From Candidatus Omnitrophota bacterium (lineage in GTDB: Bacteria > Omnitrophota > Gorgyraeia > Gygaellales > Profunditerraquicolaceae): a stretch of DNA of 64,000 nt. Every line of letters starts with the position of its first letter. Position 1 is the first letter of the stretch. Of the stretch, positions 37,863-46,532 are shown in pieces. The DNA lies in NCBI GenBank assembly GCA_003598025.1, contig QZKH01000002.1:74133-138132 (forward strand), given 5' to 3'. The translations under genes and the position numbers were made by a program. The notes below the pieces were generated by a model, which saw nothing but the letters and a program-made list of their open reading frames with translations, was not told where the DNA came from and did no database searches.

Positions 37863-38312
37863 ATGAAGATAAAGGAGATAATGGTTAAGGATGTAAAAAG
37901 CATTGCTCCTGATTCTACTGCTCTGGAAGCCATGAATTTATTGTATCAACTCGAAATAAGCGGTTTGCCTGTGATTGATAAAAATAATAAACTTGTAGGT
38001 ATGTTTACGGAGAAGAACATTCTTTCATTTTTATTGCCGAGTTATATAGAAAAGGTCGGCAGGTTTATTTATGAAGATAATCCGAAAGCCACAAAGAAAA
38101 AGCTTAACGAACTTGCCACGGTTAAAGTCGCACAATTGATGAGGAGCGATGTAATTACCGTCAGACAAGATGCAGCTTTGTGCGAAGTAGCAAGGTTGAT
38201 GCTGACTCAAAAAGTACGCCGGGTGCCCGTGGTGGATAATTCCGGATCAGTCGTCGGGATAGTGGCAAGATGTGATGTCTTAAAGGCAATGTTCAGGATG
38301 GCAGGAGAGTAA
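37863..38312 (+). CDS. CBS domain pair protein
   Basis: 149 aa with two CBS repeats (IMVKDVKSIAPDSTALEAM...GLPVID; LMRSDVITV...RRVPVVD). Confidence 0.8.
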   Translation: MKIKEIMVKDVKSIAPDSTALEAMNLLYQLEISGLPVIDKNNKLVGMFTEKNILSFLLPSYIEKVGRFIYEDNPKATKKKLNELATVKVAQLMRSDVITVRQDAALCEVARLMLTQKVRRVPVVDNSGSVVGIVARCDVLKAMFRMAGE

Positions 38313-38325
38313 AAGGCTTAAGAAA

Positions 38326-39702
38326 ATGTTCAAAAAACTATTAACACTAATTTTTATTTCAACCAGTTTGGGTTTTATATCTTCAAGGCTAGGTTTGAAT
38401 TACCATCAGGCCTTGTCCATAGGCATATTCTCAGCATCTATCCTTGGGACCTTGTTATTCTGGGATTTCCGCCTGGCTTTTGCATTTTGGGGCGTGTCAA
38501 TATTAATGCTGACTAAGACCATTGACCTAGAGAATATGATTAAATTCTCTTCATTGGAAGTAATACTCTTTTTAGTAGGTATGATGGTGTTAGTAGGCCT
38601 CTTAAAAGATTCAGGATTCTTTGCCTGGATAGTGCAGCTTATATTGCGTGTCAGGAATATGACTGCGCAGCGGTTTGTAATCATGATCACGCTTATTTCC
38701 GCGATACTTTCTGCTATGACATCAGAGGTTGTATCCATAATATTCATGGTTGCCGCTATTCTTGAAATCTGCGATTATTTTGAAGTTGACCCTGTGCCAT
38801 TTGTTATCATATCGGTTTTAGCTACCAATATCGGAAGCGCTTCTACTGTCTTGGGTAATCCCATAGGTATATTGATCGCCTCAAAAGCAGGTCTTACATT
38901 CGAAGATTTTATAATCAAGGCCTTTCCTCTTGCGATGGTGTGCTTATTTTTCACAATATTTTTGGTCTTATTTTGGTATAGGGACTCGATTAAAAGACTC
39001 AATAAGCACATAAAGGAGATGGGTGCTAATGAAATCCTTATAAGGCTTATTTCTGTCCCACCGGAAAAAGATTTAAAGACAGGGTTGATTATTTTCGGGG
39101 TAACTCTGTTTTTCATTGCCATGCACCACAGGATTGAGTTGCTCTTCAGCCTGGAACATAATACCGTACTTTTAATGATGCCGTTGCTTTCGAGCGGCGG
39201 GGTAATGATGTGGAAATACAATAAAGCCAGGGATTTTATAGAGAAGGATGTTGAGTGGTGGACACTTCTGTTTTTTATGATGCTCTTTGCTCAGGCAGGG
39301 ACACTTAAGTATACCGGAGCCACGGATATTATAGCAGGCAAGCTTGCCCATATCGCCGGGCAGAATCATTTGTCTCTCATTGGTATAGTCTTATGGGTTT
39401 CAGCGATAGGCTCAAGCATCCTGGATAATGTCGTCTTAGTCGCAGCTTTCATACCTGTAATACAGAGTTTTCAGGAGATAAACTTACAGCCTTTATGGTG
39501 GGCGTTACTGTTCGGAGGGTGCCTGGGAGGCAATATTACAATCGTTGGCTCTACAGCCAATATAGTTGCTTTAGGCATCCTTGAGAAAGAACAGAATATT
39601 AGAATGTCTTTCTTGAAGTGGTTCTGGATCGGTCTTTCCGTTGGGTTGATTACGGTAGGGATAGTCTGGGTAGCTTTAATATTTTTACCGTTTTATAATT
39701 AA
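38326..39702 (+). CDS. ArsB/NhaD superfamily permease (CitMHS/SLC13-like)
   Basis: 458 aa, polytopic. Contains ATNIGSASTVLGNPIGILIA and GGNITIVGSTANIV, the duplicated hairpin motifs of this superfamily. Confidence 0.7.
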   Translation: MFKKLLTLIFISTSLGFISSRLGLNYHQALSIGIFSASILGTLLFWDFRLAFAFWGVSILMLTKTIDLENMIKFSSLEVILFLVGMMVLVGLLKDSGFFAWIVQLILRVRNMTAQRFVIMITLISAILSAMTSEVVSIIFMVAAILEICDYFEVDPVPFVIISVLATNIGSASTVLGNPIGILIASKAGLTFEDFIIKAFPLAMVCLFFTIFLVLFWYRDSIKRLNKHIKEMGANEILIRLISVPPEKDLKTGLIIFGVTLFFIAMHHRIELLFSLEHNTVLLMMPLLSSGGVMMWKYNKARDFIEKDVEWWTLLFFMMLFAQAGTLKYTGATDIIAGKLAHIAGQNHLSLIGIVLWVSAIGSSILDNVVLVAAFIPVIQSFQEINLQPLWWALLFGGCLGGNITIVGSTANIVALGILEKEQNIRMSFLKWFWIGLSVGLITVGIVWVALIFLPFYN

Positions 39703-39742
39703 AGTTTATGGATAAATTAACCATCAACAGGAGGATGAAACT

Positions 39743-40192
39743 GTGAGAAAGGGAATTTTCTTAATTCTAATAGCTTTCTTATTTAGTGTCGCCTGCGCAA
39801 ACCTGGTTTTGTCAGAGGAGCTTGCTCCGGAAAAGGCTGTAGAAGAGGTTTCTGCGCCTCAAATAGATTTTCTCTGGGGGCATGTAGTAAGTATAAATAC
39901 TGAAAACGGTACGATTTTGATCGGATATAATGATATCGAAACAAACCAGGATAAGCAGGCAAATATAAGTGTTACCAAAGATACAGTTTTAGAAAATGTA
40001 ACCGAGTTAAAGGAGATAGCCCCGGGTGATTCAGCAAGTATCGATTATACTCTTTCTCCTTCGCAAGACATGATTGCAAAGAGCATATGGATAGAGAAGC
40101 CCCAGCAGAATGAGAGCGAGATATCTCCGGGTGACCTGCAGAATAAAGATGAAGCGGTTGCCATCGAACCTTCGGAAGTTCCAGCAGATTAA
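39743..40192 (+). CDS. hypothetical secreted protein
   Basis: 149 aa, GTG start after AGGAGG, with a signal peptide. No recognised family. Confidence 0.4.
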   Translation: MRKGIFLILIAFLFSVACANLVLSEELAPEKAVEEVSAPQIDFLWGHVVSINTENGTILIGYNDIETNQDKQANISVTKDTVLENVTELKEIAPGDSASIDYTLSPSQDMIAKSIWIEKPQQNESEISPGDLQNKDEAVAIEPSEVPAD

Positions 40193-40215
40193 CCCTGTTT
40201 TTTAACATTTAATCA

Positions 40216-40243
40216 GGCAGGATTATATCATCCTGCCTTTTTT
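40216..40243 (+). terminator. rho-independent terminator
   Basis: Stem GGCAGGAT (40216-40223), 6-nt loop, ATCCTGCC (40230-40237), then TTTTTT. Confidence 0.7.
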
Positions 40244-40246
40244 AAC

Positions 40247-40885
40247 ATGGCCGAAAATAAACTTTTTATATTTGATTTGGACGGAACATTGATAGACGCA
40301 TATCCGGCGATAATAGATAGCTTTAATTTTACTATGGCAAAACTATGCTTACCATGCGTTTCACCGTCTATTATCCGAAAGAGCGTAGGAAGAGGCGACG
40401 AGAATCTCCTGCTTCCTTTCACAGGCAGGTTATTATTGAAAAAGGCTTTGTCAGTATACAGGAAGCATCATTCAAAAGCCCTGCTTAGCGGATCGAGATT
40501 GTTTCCTCAAACCAGAGAAGTGTTGCGGGGACTAAAAGAAAAAGGTTATCTGCTTGCAGTTGCAAGCAACAGGCCGACAAGATTTTCAGGGATACTCATA
40601 AAACACCTAAGAATAGACAGGTATTTTGATTACGTGCTTTGCGCAGACAAGCTTAAAAGAGGTAAGCCGGACCCGCTTATCCTGAATAAAATAATGAAGC
40701 GTTTGCATGTTAAGCCTTCAAATTCTTTCTATGTAGGTGACATGGTAATAGATGCGCAGGCAGGCAGGCGCGCGGGTGTTAAGTCTATAATCGTAACAAC
40801 CGGCTCCAGCAGCAGGGCTGAGATTAAAAGAGAAAGGCCGTATAAAATTATTCGGCATATCGGCAGCCTTTTAAAGCTGGCGTAA
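40247..40885 (+). CDS. HAD-superfamily hydrolase (phosphoglycolate phosphatase-like)
   Basis: Contains IFDLDGTLIDA (motif I), VASNR (motif II) and GDMVIDAQAG (motif IV). Confidence 0.8.
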   Translation: MAENKLFIFDLDGTLIDAYPAIIDSFNFTMAKLCLPCVSPSIIRKSVGRGDENLLLPFTGRLLLKKALSVYRKHHSKALLSGSRLFPQTREVLRGLKEKGYLLAVASNRPTRFSGILIKHLRIDRYFDYVLCADKLKRGKPDPLILNKIMKRLHVKPSNSFYVGDMVIDAQAGRRAGVKSIIVTTGSSSRAEIKRERPYKIIRHIGSLLKLA

Positions 40886-40938
40886 TATGTTTCTCTTGAC
40901 ATGGGGCGCTTTTAATATATAGTAAAAATGGTGATGAT

Positions 40939-41676
40939 GTGAGGACAAAACTGATTTTATCGTTATTACTGGTCTTTGGTATTGTGGGATGCGCTAAACT
41001 CAATCCCTTTATCAAAGATAAATCCAAAAGGAATGCTTCGCTATCTCTACCTGATTATTCCGGCCTTAAGGCGAGTATGACAGTTGCCGATTTTGAGGTA
41101 AAGAATCAAAATACTGCTGCCGAGGTTGCTGCAAGCCTGCATCGGATGCTCGTAGAATCTCTGAGTAAAACGAACAGGTACGTTATTATTGATCCAAAAG
41201 TGCTTTCAGCAGTTAATGCCGCAAATGAGCAAACTGGCGCCTTGGCACCATCCGAGGGCACGCAAAAAAAGGAAGAGGCTGAGAAGCCGCCGGTGCCTGA
41301 CTTGATAGTATCTGTAAATATAGTTGAATTTCAACCCCAGGCATCCGGGGGTGCTTCAGGCGTAGGCGGAGGCGGAGGAGTAGGTAGCGGTACGCTTGGA
41401 GCTCTTTTAGGGGCAGCCTTAAACAGGGCGCACATGATACTTGATGTAAGGGTAATTGAAAGGGAAACTTCAAAGATTTTAGCCAGCACTAAGATCCAAG
41501 CCCAAGCATCAGATACAAGTGGTCCGATCATGGAGAACCTGCTTGGTGCAACGACACTCGGTAATGGTTTAGGCGCATTTGCCAACACGCCCATGGAAAA
41601 AGTGATTAGGATCTGTCTTAGTGAAACAGTAAGATATATTTATGACACGGTTCCATTAAAATATTACAAACAATAA
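40939..41676 (+). CDS. CsgG/HfaB-family lipoprotein
   Basis: Lipobox FGIVGC. Contains MTVADFEVKN...LVESLSKTNRYVIIDPK...IVEFQPQASGG...HMILDVRVIERETSKILAS, which follows the CsgG pattern. Confidence 0.55.
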   Translation: MRTKLILSLLLVFGIVGCAKLNPFIKDKSKRNASLSLPDYSGLKASMTVADFEVKNQNTAAEVAASLHRMLVESLSKTNRYVIIDPKVLSAVNAANEQTGALAPSEGTQKKEEAEKPPVPDLIVSVNIVEFQPQASGGASGVGGGGGVGSGTLGALLGAALNRAHMILDVRVIERETSKILASTKIQAQASDTSGPIMENLLGATTLGNGLGAFANTPMEKVIRICLSETVRYIYDTVPLKYYKQ

Positions 41677-41682
41677 ACTGAT

Positions 41683-41766
41683 ATGGGAAAACGTAAACGA
41701 AGAGGAAAACTTAACTGGCGCTCCAAGAGGGCCAATAAAGGCAAAAGACCCTGTTTGGGTTCGTAG
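41683..41766 (+). CDS. 27-aa highly basic micro-ORF, possible ribosomal protein bTHX-like
   Basis: Hand translation MGKRKRRGKLNWRSKRANKGKRPCLGS. It loosely follows the recalled pattern MGKGDRRTRRGKIWRG.YGK.RPRK. No SD; not in the ORF track (under 60 aa). Confidence 0.25.
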   Translation: MGKRKRRGKLNWRSKRANKGKRPCLGS

Positions 41767-41816
41767 TCTTTATTTTATAGCCGGATTTATCGTATTAAAA
41801 TTCAGGCTGGTTTTAT

Positions 41817-42560
41817 ATGATGGTTTTAACCTTAAGCCTTATTAGCACAGTCATTGTCAGCCTAATATCTCTCATAGGGATTTTCACCTTATTTATAAAT
41901 GAAAGGCTTTTAGGAAAAATCCTTTTTGGGCTGATTGGTTTTTCTGCCGGCTCGCTAATAGGCGGCGCCTTTCTGCATATCTTACCTGAAGTTTTAGAGC
42001 ATACTCAAGCCAACAGAACATTCTCCTATGTCATCGCAGGCATGGTTATTTTCTTTATTATGGAAAAGTATTTTTACTGGCGGCATTGTCATGAAGGCAA
42101 GTGTGATGTCCACGCCTTTACTTATTTAAACATTATTGGTGATGGTGTGCATAATTTTATTGATGGTATGCTGATAACCGCCAGTTTCTCCGTATCCGCA
42201 GGTTTAGGATTAGTCACGACTACGGCTGTTATTCTTCATGAGATACCGCAGGAGCTGGGCGACTTTGGGGTATTGGTTTATGGAGGCTTTAGCAGAAAGA
42301 AGGCATTATTTTTTAATTTTATTTCTGCTCTTGCAGCGATAATAGGCGCTTTAGTTTCTTATTTTATTATTGGGGCCGTGGAAGGTTTCTCCAATTTTCT
42401 CCTGCCGCTTACGGCAGGAGGTTTTATTTATATAGCTTCTTCGGATCTAATCCCCGAAATCCACAAGGAAGGCAATTTTAGGCGTAGTATTCTAGCCTTT
42501 GGTTCTTTTATACTCGGTCTTGCAGTTATGGCACTGGCCCGTGTCTTTATCCCAGGATAA
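41817..42560 (+). CDS. ZIP family metal (zinc) transporter
   Basis: 247 aa. Contains HNFIDG and ILHEIPQELGDFGVL. Confidence 0.85.
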   Translation: MMVLTLSLISTVIVSLISLIGIFTLFINERLLGKILFGLIGFSAGSLIGGAFLHILPEVLEHTQANRTFSYVIAGMVIFFIMEKYFYWRHCHEGKCDVHAFTYLNIIGDGVHNFIDGMLITASFSVSAGLGLVTTTAVILHEIPQELGDFGVLVYGGFSRKKALFFNFISALAAIIGALVSYFIIGAVEGFSNFLLPLTAGGFIYIASSDLIPEIHKEGNFRRSILAFGSFILGLAVMALARVFIPG

Positions 42561-42602
42561 CAATACCTGAGCACCCCCCCCATAATATTTCTAAAAAAAT
42601 TC

Positions 42603-42650
42603 TTGACAAAATACAGTTATATGTTATTATTGAAAATGTATTTCAATAAT
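42603..42650 (+). promoter_or_regulatory. promoter TTGACA-16-TATTAT overlapped by a 10-5-10 perfect inverted repeat (Fur-box-like operator)
   Basis: TTGACA at 42603-42608 and TATTAT at 42625-42630. ATTATTGAAA-ATGTA-TTTCAATAAT at 42626-42650. Confidence 0.6.
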
Positions 42651-42656
42651 ATCTAG

Positions 42657-43103
42657 ATGAAAAAAGAAGTAGAGATTTTCAATAATTATATAAACCGTCG
42701 TAGATTCAGGCATACTCCGCAAAGGATAAAGATATTGGATGTGTTCCTGGAAACCGAGGGACATGTTTCATTCCAGGAGCTGTATAGGCTGGTTAAGAAG
42801 AAGCATCCTGAAATCGGCCTTACCACAGTTTATAGAAGCATGAAGCTTTTTTCAGAATGTGGGCTCTGCAGCGAAATCGATTTTGGCGATGGCGTCTTAA
42901 GGTTTGAGCATAAGTATAATCATAAACACCATGACCACCTTATCTGTACAAAATGCGGCCAGCTTATAGAAGTGGTAAGCCCAAGGCTTGAAAAGATGCA
43001 GGAAGCAATGGCGAAAAAGCATGGTTTTGTTTCATTGAGTCATAAGCTTGAAATATTCGGGATATGTAGCTCTTGTTATGGTCTGAGGTCACCTGCCAGG
43101 TAA
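42657..43103 (+). CDS. fur: Fur family transcriptional regulator
   Basis: 148 aa. Contains TPQRIKILDVF and HHDHLICTKCGQLIEV, plus a C-terminal CSSC. Confidence 0.85.
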   Translation: MKKEVEIFNNYINRRRFRHTPQRIKILDVFLETEGHVSFQELYRLVKKKHPEIGLTTVYRSMKLFSECGLCSEIDFGDGVLRFEHKYNHKHHDHLICTKCGQLIEVVSPRLEKMQEAMAKKHGFVSLSHKLEIFGICSSCYGLRSPAR

Positions 43104-43123
43104 ATTTTTTTTGTAATATAGTT

Positions 43124-43142
43124 GAAAATGATTATCAATAAC
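43124..43142 (+). promoter_or_regulatory. Fur box
   Basis: GAAAATGATTATCAATAAC matches 15 of 19 positions of the classical GATAATGATAATCATTATC consensus. It lies 20 nt upstream of the 43162 start. Confidence 0.6.
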
Positions 43143-43161
43143 ATATAAACAAGGAGGAGAG

Positions 43162-43884
43162 ATGAAAAAAACATACTTGTTACTTTTAACAGTAATTTTA
43201 AATACTGTTATATTTTCTGTTTCTGCTTATGCCGACAACAGAAGCTATGTGTGGACATACGAATACATGACTATGCCTAAGGGGCTTTGGGAGGCAGAGG
43301 TTTATGCAACAACCGAGATCAAGGATATAAACCGGTCGAATATTAACACTGTTAAACATTGGCTTGAGCTTGAATACGGCCTAACCGACAGGCTTGATCT
43401 GGCAGTATACCAGATGTGGAAGACAGGCAATAAAATCTCGGAGAATGATACCGAGTATGACGGGTTTAAGGTCAGGGCTAGGTACCGATTCGGTGAAAAA
43501 GGAAAATTTTTGCTGGACCCGTTAGTATATTTGGAGTATATACGTAACGATGATCTGCATAAACCCAATGTGGGGGAAGCCAAGCTTATCTTGGCACGCG
43601 ATATCGGAAGAGTCAATATAAGCTACAACCAGATACTCAAAGCAAACCTTGAATCTGAGGGCCTGGCTGAATGGGAGTATGCAGCAGGAGGTAGCTATAA
43701 AATAAGCGAAACCTTTCGCTTTGGGCTTGAATCCAAGGGCAGTTATACAAAGGATAAAATTGCTGTCGGGCCAGTGGTTTCTTTCAGATTTGGGAAGAAC
43801 TGGATGGCTTTAGGGTCTGCGTTTGGATTGAATGAGAGGACCGATGATCTGCAGGTTAGGTTGATTGTAGGAATCCCGTTTTAA
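43162..43884 (+). CDS. hypothetical outer-membrane beta-barrel protein
   Basis: Signal peptide, alternating amphipathic beta-strand pattern, C-terminal aromatic residue (...LIVGIPF). AAGGAGG RBS. Confidence 0.5.
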   Translation: MKKTYLLLLTVILNTVIFSVSAYADNRSYVWTYEYMTMPKGLWEAEVYATTEIKDINRSNINTVKHWLELEYGLTDRLDLAVYQMWKTGNKISENDTEYDGFKVRARYRFGEKGKFLLDPLVYLEYIRNDDLHKPNVGEAKLILARDIGRVNISYNQILKANLESEGLAEWEYAAGGSYKISETFRFGLESKGSYTKDKIAVGPVVSFRFGKNWMALGSAFGLNERTDDLQVRLIVGIPF

Positions 43885-43916
43885 TAGTAAACTATATAGT
43901 ATTAGGAAAGGAATTT

Positions 43917-44414
43917 ATGCGTAAGATTGCCATATTCGGCTCTCCAAATGTCGGTAAATCCGTAATGTTTAGTAACCTTACGGGCAGTTATGCCATAGTT
44001 TCTAATTATCCCGGGACAACCGTTGAGGTTTCCCGTGGTAAAGCAAGGATAGGAGATGAAGAATTTGAAGTCATAGATACTCCGGGAGCGTATTCTTTAC
44101 TTCCGGTTACAGAAGAAGAGAGAGTGGCGCGCTCGATATTGATAAACGAAAGGCCTTCTATCGTGCTGCATATGCTAGATGCCAAGAATCTAGAGCGTAT
44201 GCTGCCTTTGACTTTACAGCTTTTAGAGGCGGGTATGCCAGTTATTTTAATATTAAATATAACCGATGAAGCAGAGGACGCAGGCATAAATATAGATGCA
44301 AACCGTCTGGAAAGAGATCTAAGCATACCGGTTTTAGCTACTGTTTCCACTACCGGCAAAGGACTGGATATTTTAAAGGGGAGAATAGAAGAATATGTTA
44401 AGAAACTTTTATAG
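43917..44414 (+). CDS. feoB: ferrous iron transporter FeoB, G-domain only
   Basis: 165 aa. Contains IAIFGSPNVGKS (G1), DTPG (G3) and NITD (G4). Confidence 0.85.
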   Translation: MRKIAIFGSPNVGKSVMFSNLTGSYAIVSNYPGTTVEVSRGKARIGDEEFEVIDTPGAYSLLPVTEEERVARSILINERPSIVLHMLDAKNLERMLPLTLQLLEAGMPVILILNITDEAEDAGINIDANRLERDLSIPVLATVSTTGKGLDILKGRIEEYVKKLL

Positions 44415-45852
44415 AAAGATAGGTTATGATGATCCTCTGGAGTTGAGTTTATCCAGGCTGGAATCACTTTTATTATCGGACTATACCCTTTCTAAGCGCA
44501 GCATTTCTTTGCTTCTTCTGCAGGAAGATACGGAGATATTAGGCTTGGTCAAAGAAAGAGAGAAAGAGAGATTTTCAGAAATAACCACTATTATAGAAGA
44601 AACAAAAGCACATTATTCTCAGCCGCTTCTGCTTATCATTAGCCAGCGCCGCCAGGAAGAGGCAAGCCGTATAGCTAGAAGCGCCATCAGTCTTAAGGAA
44701 AAGCACAGACGCAGCATCAAGGGATATTTAAGTAAAATCATGATGAATCCTTTGACCGGAGGCCCTATACTTTTGGCAGTGCTTTATTACGGACTGTATA
44801 AATTTGTTGGAACTTTCGGTGCTGGCGTCTTGGTAGATTTTCTGGAGGAAAAGGTATTCGGAAATTTTATCAACCCGTTTATGATTAATATAATCACCCG
44901 CTATATACATTTTGAGCTACTACAGGATCTTCTTGTGGGGGAATATGGCATCATAACTCTTGGGGTCCGTTATGCCGTGGCAATCATATTACCGATTGTG
45001 GCGACATTTTTCTTTGCTTTTGCTATTGTCGAAGATACAGGTTATCTCCCGAGGCTGGCTATGTTAGTAGACAGGATGTTTAAGCGTATAGGCCTTTCCG
45101 GCAGGGCGGTGATACCTCTGGTATTAGGTTTCGGTTGTGATACGATGGCAACCATGGTAACACGGACGTTACCTACTAAACGTGAGCGGATTATCGCAAC
45201 ACTTTTGTTGGCTCTTGCTATTCCTTGTTCTGCACAGATGGGGGTAATCTTAGGGCTTCTTGGAGATAAACCGATTGGTTTGATTGTTTGGCTAGGGGTA
45301 ATAATAGCGGTATTTATGTTTATAGGATATTTGGCGGCGAAAATAATGCCGGGAGAGATGCCTACATTTTATATGGAGATTCCGCCTCTTAGGCTTCCTA
45401 AGTTATCCAATATCCTGCGTAAAACATGGTTTCGTCTTAGATGGTATTTTCTTGAGATATTGCCTATATTCTTGATTGCCAGTTTCATTATCTGGTTGGG
45501 GCAGATTACCGGGGTATTTAATTTCCTAGTGAAGCTTCTTGGTTTTCCTGTACGCTGGATAGGCCTCCCTAATGAGGCTGCAGTTGCTTTTTTATTTGGA
45601 TTCTTCCGCCGTGATTACGGGGCGGCAGGCCTCTATGATTTAAAAAAAGCAGGCCTTTTATCGGGTAATCAATTAGTAATAGCATGCGTTACACTTACCT
45701 TATTTTTACCATGTATCGCTCAATTGATGATAAATGTTAAGGAGCGCGGTATACGCATGGGGATAGCCATGTCTATATTCATTCTATTTTTTTCTTTTGG
45801 CACCGGATACATTCTAAATATACTCTTGACTCTGTTTAGCCTGCACTTATAA
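44395..45852 (+). CDS. feoB: ferrous iron transporter FeoB, helical and membrane domains
   Basis: 485 aa. Gate-motif-like regions (GLSGRAVIPLVLGFGCD, FFRRDYGAAGL). Overlaps the G-domain ORF by 20 nt in another frame. Confidence 0.85.
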   Translation: MLRNFYRKIGYDDPLELSLSRLESLLLSDYTLSKRSISLLLLQEDTEILGLVKEREKERFSEITTIIEETKAHYSQPLLLIISQRRQEEASRIARSAISLKEKHRRSIKGYLSKIMMNPLTGGPILLAVLYYGLYKFVGTFGAGVLVDFLEEKVFGNFINPFMINIITRYIHFELLQDLLVGEYGIITLGVRYAVAIILPIVATFFFAFAIVEDTGYLPRLAMLVDRMFKRIGLSGRAVIPLVLGFGCDTMATMVTRTLPTKRERIIATLLLALAIPCSAQMGVILGLLGDKPIGLIVWLGVIIAVFMFIGYLAAKIMPGEMPTFYMEIPPLRLPKLSNILRKTWFRLRWYFLEILPIFLIASFIIWLGQITGVFNFLVKLLGFPVRWIGLPNEAAVAFLFGFFRRDYGAAGLYDLKKAGLLSGNQLVIACVTLTLFLPCIAQLMINVKERGIRMGIAMSIFILFFSFGTGYILNILLTLFSLHL

Positions 45853-45870
45853 TTAAAACAAGGAGATTTT

Positions 45871-46509
45871 ATGTTATCGCAATCGGCGGAAGAAATTTTA
45901 GAGGCATTGGCGGTTCAGCAAGAACAGGGCAAAAAACCGCTGGATCTGGGAGCGTCTCGCGATGACCCTGCGATCGAAGAATTAGTGCGATTAGGGTTTG
46001 TGCGTAAGGACGGCACCCATATACATCTGTTAGAAAAAGGGGAATCTGCAGCCCAGGGTGCTTTACGCAGGCATCGTTTGGCAGAACGCCTTTTGGTTGA
46101 TGTCTTTGATGTGAAAAAAAAGATAATAGATGAGGTAAGTTGCAAGTTTGAACATATCCTTCATGCCGGGCTTGAAGATAACGTCTGTACTATTTTAGGC
46201 CATCCCAGGGTCTGTCCGCACGGCAAGCCTATTCCTCCAGGAAAATGCTGCGGGAAGAAATATAATACTAAATTCCTGAGATTTGTTGCTCGCCTATCTG
46301 AATTGGAGGTGCATGATAAGGGAAATATCGCCTATCTTCAGAGTAAGAATGCCTCGCAAATGCAGAAACTCATCAGTATAGGCGCGCTTCCCGGAATATC
46401 AGTAACCTTAATACAAAAGTTTCCTTCCTATGTTTTTCAATTAGGCCAGAGCCAGTTTGCCATAGACAAGGAGCTGGCATCCGCAATTTATGTTCGCTTG
46501 ACTAAGTAA
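45871..46509 (+). CDS. DtxR/MntR-family metal-dependent regulator with C-terminal FeoA/SH3-like domain
   Basis: Contains ALRRHRLAERLLVDVF and ICPHGKPIP. The C-terminus has a FeoA-like beta-barrel. Confidence 0.8.
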   Translation: MLSQSAEEILEALAVQQEQGKKPLDLGASRDDPAIEELVRLGFVRKDGTHIHLLEKGESAAQGALRRHRLAERLLVDVFDVKKKIIDEVSCKFEHILHAGLEDNVCTILGHPRVCPHGKPIPPGKCCGKKYNTKFLRFVARLSELEVHDKGNIAYLQSKNASQMQKLISIGALPGISVTLIQKFPSYVFQLGQSQFAIDKELASAIYVRLTK

Positions 46510-46532
46510 GAGATAGCCTTATAATAAAATCC

